Origin: a virus
Lineage: Duplodnaviria; Heunggongvirae; Uroviricota; Caudoviricetes
Length of the DNA stretch: 42,125 nt
Strand: one strand, 5' to 3'
Virus record (IMG/VR): IMGVR_UViG_2651869821_000001
The notes beneath the pieces are model-generated. The model made no database searches. It was given only the letters and a program-made list of their open reading frames with translations, and was not told where the DNA came from. Positions 25,610 through 36,000 of this stretch are shown one piece after another. Every line of letters begins with the position of its first letter. Positions within the stretch are counted from its first letter, which is position 1. A program made the position numbers and the translations under genes.

Positions 25610-25959
25610 TTTCCCGCGATGAATCCGGGATAAAGACCGTCTCGATAGATCTTGGATTCTATTTCAGTCGTGTAGTTGCTCACTACGCTGTGTCGCCAAT
25701 AGAGCTGCTGGGCGTCCCTCTTACGATGTTCTGGATGCTCAGTCGCAACATCGACCGTCTACGTGCGGAAGAGGATGTCCGCAATCTACAAGTCGCTCGC
25801 GTCGCCCAGGCAGATGGCGATGGTGTGAAGGCGTTCATGGAGGGTTTGCAACTCAGGATTGGAAGACCAGTCGTTACCGATAAAGTCTACGATCCACGTA
25901 AGGATAAGGCAGACCCTGACGCCAAAGAGCAACTGATGCAAATTTTTGGCAAAGGATGA
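25597..25959 (+). CDS. Tail assembly chaperone extension (gpT-like), -1 frame
   Basis: The -1 frame is open from 25597 to the stop at 25959, with no strong own start; it contains the track ORF 25690..25959. Confidence 0.75.
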   Translation, partial: RGKVVSRDESGIKTVSIDLGFYFSRVVAHYAVSPIELLGVPLTMFWMLSRNIDRLRAEEDVRNLQVARVAQADGDGVKAFMEGLQLRIGRPVVTDKVYDPRKDKADPDAKEQLMQIFGKG

Positions 25960-25966
25960 CAAGGGA

Positions 25967-28900
25967 ATGTCACAAAACGTAGAGTTTATCCTGTCGCTGG
26001 AAGACAAGAAGTTTACAGCGTCAATTGACCGTGCGGGTAAGTTACTTACCAAATTCGGTGAGAAGGCAACGAAGCCTGCTCAGAAAATTAACAATCTGGA
26101 ACGCTCTTTGGGTTCGGTCTCCCGTATCATTGGCGTTCTGGAATCCAAGCTCGAAGCAACGGCAGATAAACTACAGGATGTAGCTGCTGGCTTCGAGCTT
26201 ATTTCCGATGCTTCGCGTAGGACGCGCAGCAACATTACAAGCCTCAATTCTGGGTTAAAAACCCTTATTGAGCGTGTCGACACCACCACCTCATCTGTTA
26301 ATAAGCTAACTACATCACTTCGTAAGGTCCAGTCAGAACTTAATGAGTTTTCCGATTGGGCTACGTTCGCGAGCAAGAGCGCCAGACACTTTGGTACGGA
26401 GATTAAAGAGACCTCTTCATCCGTTAGTGGCATGAATACGCGTCTGAATGCCACGACTAAGCGACTCAGCAATTGGGGCGTAACGACTAACCAGGCTGCC
26501 GAGGGTCTGAAAAAAGTTCGTGATCAGATGGATGCAGTTATCGATCGTCAGCATTTGATCAGTAAGCCAGTGCGTGTACGAACCTCAGGAGGAGATGGCG
26601 GTTCAGGGGTTGGCGGTAATGGCAGGCATAGCAAATTATCTGCTCATGGAGGGAGGGGCCATGAAGGAGGGATGTTTTCTGGTCTTCGAGGTAATATTTT
26701 CCTGCTTGGTGAAATAGGCGATGCTGCAAGAACGGTAACAGATATTCTGTTTGGGTGGCAGAAACCTATAATTGATGCGGCTGCTGAAATGCAGCGAATG
26801 CGTGTCATGCTGCGTGGATTGAATAAGGAAAAAAACAACCCTGGCAAAGCTGCGGCCGAAGACATGCAATACATCGTTAACATGGCCCAGAATGCGCCGT
26901 TTGCGATGCAAGCCTTGACCGATTCGTTTGTGAAGTTTCGCTCTGCTGGTTTAGACCCTACAGATGGTTCGTTGAAGGCATTGGTTGATTCAGTAGCTCG
27001 TTTTGGTGGCGATAGTGAGTTGCTAAAACGTGCAGCCATTGCCATCCAACAGATGTCTGGCAAGGGCGTTGTGTCGATGGAAGAGCTGCGTCAACAATTA
27101 GGCGAAGCTGTTCCTAACGCAATGAAAGCTATGGCTGATGCTGCAGGTATAACAATGGGACAGCTTACTAAAGCTGTCTCAAGCGGTACTGTTGAAGCGA
27201 AGCAGGCTCTTTCGCTTATGTTTGTTGGTTTGCGTGCGGAAAATGAAAACGCAGCCAAAGACATGATGCAGACCTACACAGGTGCACTGGCGCAACTGCA
27301 AACTTCCTTTACGCTGTTTGCCGATCGCGTCGGTCAGGCGGGCTATCTGGATTCTCTCTCAAAAGGGATGAAAGAGCTGGCCTCCATCATGAACAGCGCT
27401 GAAGGTATTTCGTTCGCTAACTCGCTGGGTTCCGGACTCTCCACGGCAATCGACGGCTTACGCGAGCTGGCGCAGTGGCTGGCTAAAAACCAGGAACTGG
27501 TTATCAGCCTGGGCAAAGTCGTTGCTGCAATGGTGGCGTTCAAGCTGATGCGTGCCGGTATTGCAGGCGTGATTGGTACAGCTGGGCAAATGGTTAACAC
27601 ATTTACCAAGATGTCGACCGTTCTCCAGGCTCCGTTCAATCTGGGCTCTACAGCTGTCACCCGCTTTAATCGCGCGGCTCGTATGGGGCTGGCTCCAATC
27701 CCATCGCTGATCTTCGCTATCCGTGGCGCGATTACGGGGCTTCAGGGCGCGTTTGCTGGGCTAACTGCGTTCATTGCAGCAAACCCCATTGGTGCTGCGT
27801 TCACCGTAGCTACCGTGGCTGTAGCCAGTCTTATCACGTATATGACCATGCTCCGCAACGAAACGTCTAAAGTCGTGGATGAGATCCGCAAAATCCCGGA
27901 GGCGATGACGGCGGCCAAGCGTGCGCAGATGGCAGCGCGTGCAGCCGAGCTTGAAAAGCAGATCCAGCGAGACAAGCAGGCGCTTAAAACTGGCGAGAGT
28001 GTGAACTACTACTCCACAGTGGCTGGCCCTGTCGCCGTGAAGGAGTCCAAAGATGTTGTTGAGGCTCGCCTGAAGAAAAATCAGGAAGAGTACGAAAAAA
28101 CCACGGGTACGATGGCGCTGGGTGATGGTGCGGTGGCAAAACGTCTGGCAAAAGAGGCTGCTGAATCCCAGATTGAGAAAATCCGAGCAGATAACCAGAT
28201 CTTCTCTGCAACGTTTGTGAAAGCCCGTCAGGAGGCTCTGGATAAGATCCAGAAAATCAACGACGACAAATCGCTTTCGGACGACGAGAAGAACAAGCTA
28301 CTCGCACCACTTCGCGAGAAGGTGAACAAGTCCTATCTGGAACCTGCACAGAAGCTTGTCGACGACCTGTCTTCTCGTAAAAACGCCACCGAGAAGCAAA
28401 TTGCCCACTTCAGCGACATGCTGGAGAAAGCGAAGAAAGAGGGGAACACCGAGCAGGTTCAGAAGCTGCAAGGCAGCATCCGTGGGTATCAGGAGCATCT
28501 TGAAGCTGTTGCTCAGGAGCTGACTCAGGCGGAGTTCGAGCGTGATAGCGCGGCGAAAACCGGTAAGGGCGTAATGTCCAACCAGGGAACCATTCTGGGT
28601 TTGGGAACGACCGATAAGGCGGCCCAGAAAGCTCTGGCGCAGTATATGCGGAACCAGATGGACTCCGCGACCTACCAGCGCATACTGCCAGACGGTACGC
28701 CAATGATGGACTTCGAGGGCAAGCCGATCATCGGGCCTAAACAGCTCAAGACTCAGCTGAACCTGCAGAAAGCCTCCAGCGCCAGCTCACTTGAGAAAAT
28801 GAGTGACGAGGAACGTGCTGCCGCAATTGCCGCACTTACCAAAGCGCGTGAGCAGGATGCAATAGCCGCGGAGAAAGCCGGACAGCGTGCAGCCAACGCT

Positions 28901-30544
28901 TCTCAGCGTGCGGCGAATAAGGAAGAGAGTGCGCAGCGTAAGTTAGCGGCCGGATATCAGAAGGCGCTTGACAAGGCCGATCAGCTTATGGGGCAGATGG
29001 GCGAAAGCTCAAAAGCTACCGTATCGTTTGACCAGTCTCTCCGCGATACCACCAAATCGCTGACCGAACTGGCCAACGCCGTACCGAATGAGTTCATCAC
29101 TCAGGAGATGATCGACAAAGCCAAGACACGCCTCGCTGATCTGGCGAGTGCAAGCGACGACTATCGCGAGATGTTTAATCGTCGCAACGTCGAGCAGATG
29201 ATCTCCACTTGGGCGCCGGAATCCGATTCCATCATCAGTGCGGGTTACAAGCCGTCTCGCGAAGAGAAAGTGGCCGATTTCAACGATACCTACAACCGTA
29301 ATCTGAAGGCGTTGATGGATTTGCGGGACCAAGCTTCTGATCCGAAAATCGTGGCGCTATACACCAAGCAGATCAACCAGCTGGTGGCGGCAGGCAACAC
29401 CGCGCTCATTAAAGAAACCGGTACGGCTACACAGAAGCTGGCGCTTGAGTACGAAAATCTGGCCGATCAGCTGGAAAACAGCTGGAGCAACCTGTTCGGC
29501 AACATGACGGATAAGCTGACCGAATTCGTTATGAAAGGGAAAATGAACTTCTCCAGTCTGGCAGAATCCATTCTCCGTGACATCACCAACATGGTTGTTA
29601 AGACGCAGATCACTCTACCTCTCATGAATGTGCTGGGCATGGGAACAACGGCAGCTGGGAATTCTCAAAGTGGTAATTTATTAGCAGGTGTAGCATCGGC
29701 AGTCTCAAACCAGGGCGTACGCATGAATACGGTTAATGGTGACAAGTCTGTAGGTGAAGCTACGAAGGAGACATCCAGCTCGGTATCTGGCTTAGGGCAG
29801 ACCACACAGCAGGCAGCTAATGCGATCGGTTCAGCGAATAACGCGATCGGTAGCTGGGTGTCTGGGTTGTTCAGTAGCACAGAAGCTAAAGACGCAGAAA
29901 CCAAAGCTGTCAAAACCTCCATCTTCTCCATGCAAAATCTTAGCTCGGTGGCCGGCGCTCTATCTGCCTCGTTCGCCATGCTTGGCGCTAGTGCCTCTGG
30001 TTCTGGCAATAAATGGTTAAGTTTTGGCGCAACCGTAGCCTCCGGATTGGTATCAGCCTGGGCTGGTGGTGGCTTCGATAACATCGGATCTGGTTCCTCC
30101 GGCTCTAACTCAGGGTTCAACAATCTCACCGGATCAGCTGCTGATGGAACTAGCGGTATTCCTAACATTCCTAAGTTCGCTAATGGCGGCATCTTCGGTA
30201 AAGACGGAGTGATTCCATTGCGAGCATACAAGAAAGGCGGAATTGCTGATTCCCCACAGCTGGCAATCTACGGTGAAGGCGATATGAACGAAGCTTTTGT
30301 CCCCTTACCTGATGGCCGCTCTATTCCTGTAACACTAAATACAGGTGATGCAGGGAAAGGCTCTGTTTTTTCGCCTGTTCATATTGCGATTAATGTTAAC
30401 AGTGACGGAAGTTCAAGTGAGAGTGGCATGGATGAAGCCAGATGGGGAGGCGCAGCAAGACAGATTAAAGCCATTGTCCTTGATACTATTGCGGAAGAGA
30501 AGCGTAGCGGCGGTTCACTAAACCCAAATACTAATCGTAACTAG
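25967..30544 (+). CDS. Tail tape measure protein
   Basis: About 1525 aa, Ala-rich and helical; tape-measure domain EELRQQLGEAVP; C-terminal FANGG motif; ATG at 25967 after AAGGG. Confidence 0.95.
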   Translation: MSQNVEFILSLEDKKFTASIDRAGKLLTKFGEKATKPAQKINNLERSLGSVSRIIGVLESKLEATADKLQDVAAGFELISDASRRTRSNITSLNSGLKTLIERVDTTTSSVNKLTTSLRKVQSELNEFSDWATFASKSARHFGTEIKETSSSVSGMNTRLNATTKRLSNWGVTTNQAAEGLKKVRDQMDAVIDRQHLISKPVRVRTSGGDGGSGVGGNGRHSKLSAHGGRGHEGGMFSGLRGNIFLLGEIGDAARTVTDILFGWQKPIIDAAAEMQRMRVMLRGLNKEKNNPGKAAAEDMQYIVNMAQNAPFAMQALTDSFVKFRSAGLDPTDGSLKALVDSVARFGGDSELLKRAAIAIQQMSGKGVVSMEELRQQLGEAVPNAMKAMADAAGITMGQLTKAVSSGTVEAKQALSLMFVGLRAENENAAKDMMQTYTGALAQLQTSFTLFADRVGQAGYLDSLSKGMKELASIMNSAEGISFANSLGSGLSTAIDGLRELAQWLAKNQELVISLGKVVAAMVAFKLMRAGIAGVIGTAGQMVNTFTKMSTVLQAPFNLGSTAVTRFNRAARMGLAPIPSLIFAIRGAITGLQGAFAGLTAFIAANPIGAAFTVATVAVASLITYMTMLRNETSKVVDEIRKIPEAMTAAKRAQMAARAAELEKQIQRDKQALKTGESVNYYSTVAGPVAVKESKDVVEARLKKNQEEYEKTTGTMALGDGAVAKRLAKEAAESQIEKIRADNQIFSATFVKARQEALDKIQKINDDKSLSDDEKNKLLAPLREKVNKSYLEPAQKLVDDLSSRKNATEKQIAHFSDMLEKAKKEGNTEQVQKLQGSIRGYQEHLEAVAQELTQAEFERDSAAKTGKGVMSNQGTILGLGTTDKAAQKALAQYMRNQMDSATYQRILPDGTPMMDFEGKPIIGPKQLKTQLNLQKASSASSLEKMSDEERAAAIAALTKAREQDAIAAEKAGQRAANASQRAANKEESAQRKLAAGYQKALDKADQLMGQMGESSKATVSFDQSLRDTTKSLTELANAVPNEFITQEMIDKAKTRLADLASASDDYREMFNRRNVEQMISTWAPESDSIISAGYKPSREEKVADFNDTYNRNLKALMDLRDQASDPKIVALYTKQINQLVAAGNTALIKETGTATQKLALEYENLADQLENSWSNLFGNMTDKLTEFVMKGKMNFSSLAESILRDITNMVVKTQITLPLMNVLGMGTTAAGNSQSGNLLAGVASAVSNQGVRMNTVNGDKSVGEATKETSSSVSGLGQTTQQAANAIGSANNAIGSWVSGLFSSTEAKDAETKAVKTSIFSMQNLSSVAGALSASFAMLGASASGSGNKWLSFGATVASGLVSAWAGGGFDNIGSGSSGSNSGFNNLTGSAADGTSGIPNIPKFANGGIFGKDGVIPLRAYKKGGIADSPQLAIYGEGDMNEAFVPLPDGRSIPVTLNTGDAGKGSVFSPVHIAINVNSDGSSSESGMDEARWGGAARQIKAIVLDTIAEEKRSGGSLNPNTNRN

Positions 30545-30545
30545 T

Positions 30546-30572
30546 AAATGCCGCCCATTATTGGCGGCATTT
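30546..30572 (+). terminator. Hairpin after the tape measure gene
   Basis: AAATGCCGCC-CATTATT-GGCGGCATTT. Confidence 0.6.
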
Positions 30573-30584
30573 AAAGGAAGAGTC

Positions 30585-30920
30585 ATGGAAAGAAAGACAT
30601 TTAATTGGTATCCGGACTACGAGTCGGAGAAGACGGTAAAGCCGAGTGTATCTGTATTAAATTTTGGTGATGATTACGAACAACGTCAGGGGAAAGGACT
30701 TAATCGTATAAAAGAAGAGTGGGCTTTGGCATTTACTCGTTCACATGAGGTTATTAACGCAGTAGATGATTTCCTGACAGAACGCGCGGCGATAGAGTCT
30801 TTTTACTGGACTAATCCGCGCGGTAAGCAAATGGTAGTTGTATGTGATAGCCACTCGGTAAAACGTTATCAAGGGCATCTAATTCTTACCGCTACTTTTA
30901 GACAAATTTATGAGGCTTAA
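30585..30920 (+). CDS. Minor tail protein (lambda gpM-like, distal tail)
   Basis: FGDDYEQR..GLN, FYWTNP motifs; ATG at 30585 after AAGGAAG. Confidence 0.9.
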   Translation: MERKTFNWYPDYESEKTVKPSVSVLNFGDDYEQRQGKGLNRIKEEWALAFTRSHEVINAVDDFLTERAAIESFYWTNPRGKQMVVVCDSHSVKRYQGHLILTATFRQIYEA

Positions 30921-30934
30921 TTTACACCTATAGA

Positions 30935-30956
30935 TAAGTATGTACTTATCTATTAT
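30935..30956 (+). promoter_or_regulatory. TAAGTATGTACTTA plus TATTAT -10
   Basis: The palindrome extends to ATAGATAAGTA-TG-TACTTATCTAT; hexamer at 30951-30956; hairpin at 30964-30988 before gpL. Confidence 0.7.
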
Positions 30957-31007
30957 TATGATGGTGCGCTAACAGGAGGTTGGCGCACGTAACTTCAAGG
31001 AAGAAAT

Positions 31008-31709
31008 ATGGGTATTAGAGCTGATATTCAAAGCTTATCGCCCTCCGCACTCATTGAGTTGTTCGAGCTGGATATGACGAACACTACTTCAGGGGGCAAG
31101 CTTTACTTTCATGCCGGCACAAACAAACTGAACGAACCAGTGGTTTGGCAAGGCGTAACATACGAACCGTGGCCAGTTAAAGCGTCAGGCTTTGATAAAA
31201 CTGGTCAGGGTAAATTGCCTCGACCAAAAATTCAGATTTCTAACTTTGAAGGAGCTGTATCTGCTGAAGTTCAGGCTAACGACGATTTGGTTGGCTGTAA
31301 AGTCACACGACGCCAGACGCTTGCGCGGTTTCTTGATGCAGTAAATTTCAAAGATGGCAATCCAACCGCCGATCCCAATCAACATTTCCCAGATGAAATG
31401 TGGTTTGTTGAACAGAAAACTCTTGAAACTCATGAGGTTGTTGAGTTCGAGCTGTCTAGTGTGTTCGATCTGATGGGAGTACAGCTTCCAAACAGGCAGA
31501 TCATCAAAAACACCTGTCCGTGGAAATATCGAGGCCCAGAATGCGGATATACGGGACCGTATTTCGACAAAAATAACCAGCAAACCACTATGTCAGGCGA
31601 GGATTACTGCACTAAGAGATATGACTCTTGTAACGCACGCCGCAACTTCTTTGCCAATGGCGTAATTCATTTTGGCGGATTTATTGGAGCAACGCGTTAT
31701 GGGTCTTAA
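31008..31709 (+). CDS. Minor tail protein (lambda gpL-like)
   Basis: IELFELD, YFHAG, WQG..YEPWP, and the Cys cluster CPWKYRGPECGY...C.KR...C. Confidence 0.95.
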   Translation: MGIRADIQSLSPSALIELFELDMTNTTSGGKLYFHAGTNKLNEPVVWQGVTYEPWPVKASGFDKTGQGKLPRPKIQISNFEGAVSAEVQANDDLVGCKVTRRQTLARFLDAVNFKDGNPTADPNQHFPDEMWFVEQKTLETHEVVEFELSSVFDLMGVQLPNRQIIKNTCPWKYRGPECGYTGPYFDKNNQQTTMSGEDYCTKRYDSCNARRNFFANGVIHFGGFIGATRYGS

Positions 31710-32496
31710 ATCATTATCTGAGCTTGGATCTGGCGTTATGGAGCAAATCTATCTTTGCGCCATCAATCGTTACCCCAATGAAGCATGTGGTTTTCTGGTG
31801 CGTACTAACGGCGATAAATATCGCTTTATAGAAACGCGTAATGTGTCAGATAACCCACAAAACACTTTCGTCATGCATGTCGATGACATCATTGCTGCAG
31901 AAGATGCAGGAGAGGTGGTCGCTATCTGGCATTCACATACTGACGAGTCAGCAGATGCTTCTGACGCTGATCGTGCTGGATGTGAGGCTACTGAGGTTCC
32001 GTGGATGATTCTGGCTGTTCGAAAAAATGTGGATGGTAATGCCAATTTTCATTTCAGCGAGATGAATGTAATTACCCCTGATGGCTTCGAAATGCCTTAT
32101 CTCGGGCGCCCATATGTGTTTGGCGTTTTCGATTGCTGGATGTTGTGTCGTGACTATCTCAAGCGTGAGTTTAATGTTGAGCTTAACCCCAATGCCCATC
32201 TGCATATCCCGTCATGGTACACGGGTGATAACGACATTTTAGATCAGAATTACCGTAACGAAGGTCTTGTTCGTCTGGCGCCGGGAACGGAGCCCCAGCG
32301 CGGTGACATCTTTTTCATTCAGTACGGGAAAATGCCTGATCACTGTGCAGTGTATATCGGTAACGACATGATTTTGCATCACCAGATCGATCGTCTTAGT
32401 TGTCGTGCTTATTACGGTGGAATGTACCAGAAACATACTACCCATCATCTACGCCACAGGGATTTGCTCAAGGGAGATGAGACGTGTCTGAGTTAG
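31699..32496 (+). CDS. Tail assembly protein (lambda gpK-like; JAB + NlpC/P60)
   Basis: YPNEACG, WHSH, S..D, FDCW, and DHCAVY motifs. Confidence 0.95.
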   Translation: MGLKSLSELGSGVMEQIYLCAINRYPNEACGFLVRTNGDKYRFIETRNVSDNPQNTFVMHVDDIIAAEDAGEVVAIWHSHTDESADASDADRAGCEATEVPWMILAVRKNVDGNANFHFSEMNVITPDGFEMPYLGRPYVFGVFDCWMLCRDYLKREFNVELNPNAHLHIPSWYTGDNDILDQNYRNEGLVRLAPGTEPQRGDIFFIQYGKMPDHCAVYIGNDMILHHQIDRLSCRAYYGGMYQKHTTHHLRHRDLLKGDETCLS

Positions 32497-33077
32497 TACA
32501 TGTGCAACTTGGCGGACCTATGTCCAAGCATTTCGGCCGCCATTGGCATTTAAAAGTTAGTAACACAAAACAGGCGTTGGATTTAATTGAAGCTAATCGT
32601 CCAGGCTTTAAAGCATGGATGAAGCGCAACATCAAAATCTACGACAAGTACCACATCCAAATCACTAATAAGCAGGGGAAAAAATGGTCGGTTGATGAGA
32701 ATGAATACCAAATGATGGGGCAATCGAACAATATTGCTAAGATCCGAATAACACCAGTTCCTCGTGGAAGCGGTGGTAAAGCGTTTGGCTGGTTTCAGAC
32801 TCTTGTTGGGGCTGCTTTGCTTGTTGTTTCCGCTGTTTTTGTCCCAGCACTTGCTCCGCTTGGTCTGTCATTGATGATGGGCGGTGTAGCACAGCTTCTT
32901 TCCCCACAAGCCTCTAACAAGGCTGTTCGTCAGGCAGATAACAAGGACTCGTATTACTTCGACGGTCCGCAAAACACAACTAACCAGGGAAACCCCGTAC
33001 AGCTTATTTATGGAGAGGAAATCTTGGTCGGTTCTCAGGTGGTTAGTTCTTCCATCACGATCGATCAACTGATGTAA
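32484..33077 (+). CDS. Tail assembly protein (lambda gpI-like)
   Basis: QGNPVQLIYGEILVGS motif, hydrophobic middle segment; position between K and J. Confidence 0.92.
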   Translation: MSELVHVQLGGPMSKHFGRHWHLKVSNTKQALDLIEANRPGFKAWMKRNIKIYDKYHIQITNKQGKKWSVDENEYQMMGQSNNIAKIRITPVPRGSGGKAFGWFQTLVGAALLVVSAVFVPALAPLGLSLMMGGVAQLLSPQASNKAVRQADNKDSYYFDGPQNTTNQGNPVQLIYGEEILVGSQVVSSSITIDQLM

Positions 33078-33092
33078 AAGGATTTTTTGAAC

Positions 33093-36000
33093 ATGGAACA
33101 GTTCAAGAAGAAAAAGCTACCGCTTTTAATTTCAGGTGCCGGTGGTAAAAAAAGCAGTGGCTCAAGTCGTACTCCGGTTGAGGCTGACGATACTGTTAAT
33201 TCTCGCGCTATGGCGTCAATTCTCGATTTACTCGGTGAAGGCGTTATTGGCGGGCTTGTCGATGGAGCAAAGTCGATATTCATTGATGATTTGCCAATTA
33301 TGAACGAGGACGGTTCGACTAACTATAGCGGTATAACATGGGATTTCCGCGACGGTTCGCAAGATCAGACCCCAATGACTGGTTTCGATTTCGTCGAAAC
33401 GCCTAAGTCCGTAAATATACAGCTGAAAAAGACACATGAAGTCACCGTTGCTGTTGATAACGACGAAGCCGATCGTGTGAGGGTTATCCTTAAATACCCG
33501 TCGCTAAGAAGCATCGATCAAAAGTCTGGCGATACGAACGGCACAACTGTCCAGTACAAGTTTCAGATTGCCAATGGCGATTCAACTTTTCAGGATGTCA
33601 TTGCAGAAGGTGAAAATAGCATCATCATTTCACTGTCTGCCAAAAAGACAGGTGTTTATTATCGTAGCTATGAATTTAAGCTACCTAAACCTGGTCGCGC
33701 ATACAAAGTACGTGTAATTCGCATCACCGATGACAGCTCATCGCAATATCTTTATAACGATATATGGGTTGATTCTATCGGCGAGATTGTCGATACGCCA
33801 ATGAATTACCCGAACTCTGCACTGGTCGGACTCAAAGTCAATTCTGAACAGTTCGGTGGCAATATGCCATCCCGCTCTTATTTGGTTCGCGGAATGAAAA
33901 TCCGTGTACCTTCAAACTACAATGAGAGCGCAAACTCTTATGTTGGTGTATGGGACGGTACATTTAAGCTCATCTCTTCATCGAACCCTGCATGGATTCT
34001 TTTTGACGTTTTGACAAACACCCGATATGGGCTAGGTCAATTTGTTAGCGAGTCGATGATAGATCTGGGACAACTGTATCAGATAGGTCGATATTGCGAT
34101 GAAGAAGTAGACGATGGGTTTGGCGGTAAAGAGAAACGATTTGCTATCAATACCCAGATAACCAGTCGTCAAGATGCTTATCGTCTCATTCAGGATATTG
34201 CCGGCGCATTCCGAGGTATGGTCTTCTGGGCTGGTGGTATGGTTAATGTCATGCAGGATAGCCCGTCCGATCCGGTAATGATGTTCACTAATGCCAACGT
34301 TAAAGATGGCATGTTTAGCCATAAGGGCTCTTCTAGAAAAGATCGCCCGTCAGTAGCGCTTGTGACCTATAACAACAAGGATGACGGCTATAAACAGAAC
34401 ATTGAGTATGTCGAAGATCAGGAGGCTATGCGTCGCTACGGCGAACGTAAGACTGAAGTTGTTGCATTCGGATGTACAAGTCGCGGACAAGCGCACCGTG
34501 TTGGGCTATGGTTGCTCTATACAGCAAGGATGGAGTCCGATGTAATAACGTTTACAGCAGGCCTTGATGCAGCATTTTTAATGCCTGGAGAAACTGTACT
34601 TATTCAAAATAAGTATCGCTCAGGTAAGAGAAACTCAGGCCGTATCGTGGCGTTTACGCAAAACAGCATCACACTAGACGCGCCAGTATCTCTGAAAAAG
34701 AGCAATAGCTTCATTCGCATAGTGAATGAAAAAGGCAAATTAATTGAGCGAGATATTCTGGAGACAGGTGAAAATATCTCCAAAGTAACGTTCACTAAGC
34801 CTCTTTTGCAGGGTGAGAAACCTGTTTTGAATGGCGTGTGGATGATCAGCGAACCTGATCTCGAACCAATGTGTGCACGTGTTATTAATGTGGCCCAGGG
34901 GGATACTCAAGGCTCTTTTGATGTAACGGTAGTACAAAACAACCCGTCAAAGTACCAGGCTATCGATAATGGCGCTACTCTAATACCGCAAAATACTACG
35001 GTACTTGATCCAACATACTCAAAGCCTACAAATCTACAGGTTACTGAGGGAACTTATATTTCCAGCCCTGGTAATCTGTCGATTAAACTTATTGCGACGT
35101 GGGAAGGGAAGTCTACCGAATACTGGATAAGCTGGCGCCGTTCGGATGAAAATAATGTATCCAACTGGCAGTCTGCTCGCGTTAATGAGGAACAGTATGA
35201 GATAGAAAATATTGCCGAGAATGGGCAGTATGACATCCAGCTCTATGCGGTATCGTTCAGCGGTAAGAAAACGGAAATAATCAGTACCGTATATAAAGTT
35301 CTTGGCACGATGACGCCACCTGGATCACCTACGTCTCTTACAGCGGTTGGGGACTATCGTAATGTTGTGCTTAATTGGGTTAACCCAGACTCAGTTGACC
35401 TTGATCACATTAACGTTTACGCATCAAGAACAAACGATTTAGATACGGCAACGCTTATTGCAGAAGCCGCCAGCACCACGTTTACCCATTCTGGTCTTGG
35501 CGATAGTGAGACTTGGTTTTATTGGGTCAAAGCTGCAAACAAACGAGGAATGCTTAGTCCACCCAACTCAAACTTGGGTACTGAGGCGATGACGAAAGAT
35601 ATCCTTTCATTCTTGAAAGATAAGATCACGTCTTCGGAGTTGGGGCAGGAACTGCTGGAAGATATTAACTCGAAAGCGTCTCAAGATACCGTAAATGAAA
35701 TTTATAAGGAGATGGAGGATAGTCTAAGTGAGCTTGATGGTAAGCTTACCATTGCCAGTAATAAGCTGGAGTCAGCACAAACTGAACTCAAATCCGAAAT
35801 TGATGGCACGATTAATAAAGTAAATGATGCGTTAGAACAATTAGACAGTACTAACGCAGCCATCGTTAAGCTGGAAAATAAAGTATCCGAGCAGGATAAG
35901 GCAGTAGCAGGTGCTGTAGATGCCGCCAAGGCTGCCATAGATAATGCTTCAGCTCTCGTAGCAGAAGAAAAAGAGGCTCGTGTCGAAGGAGATAATGCAA

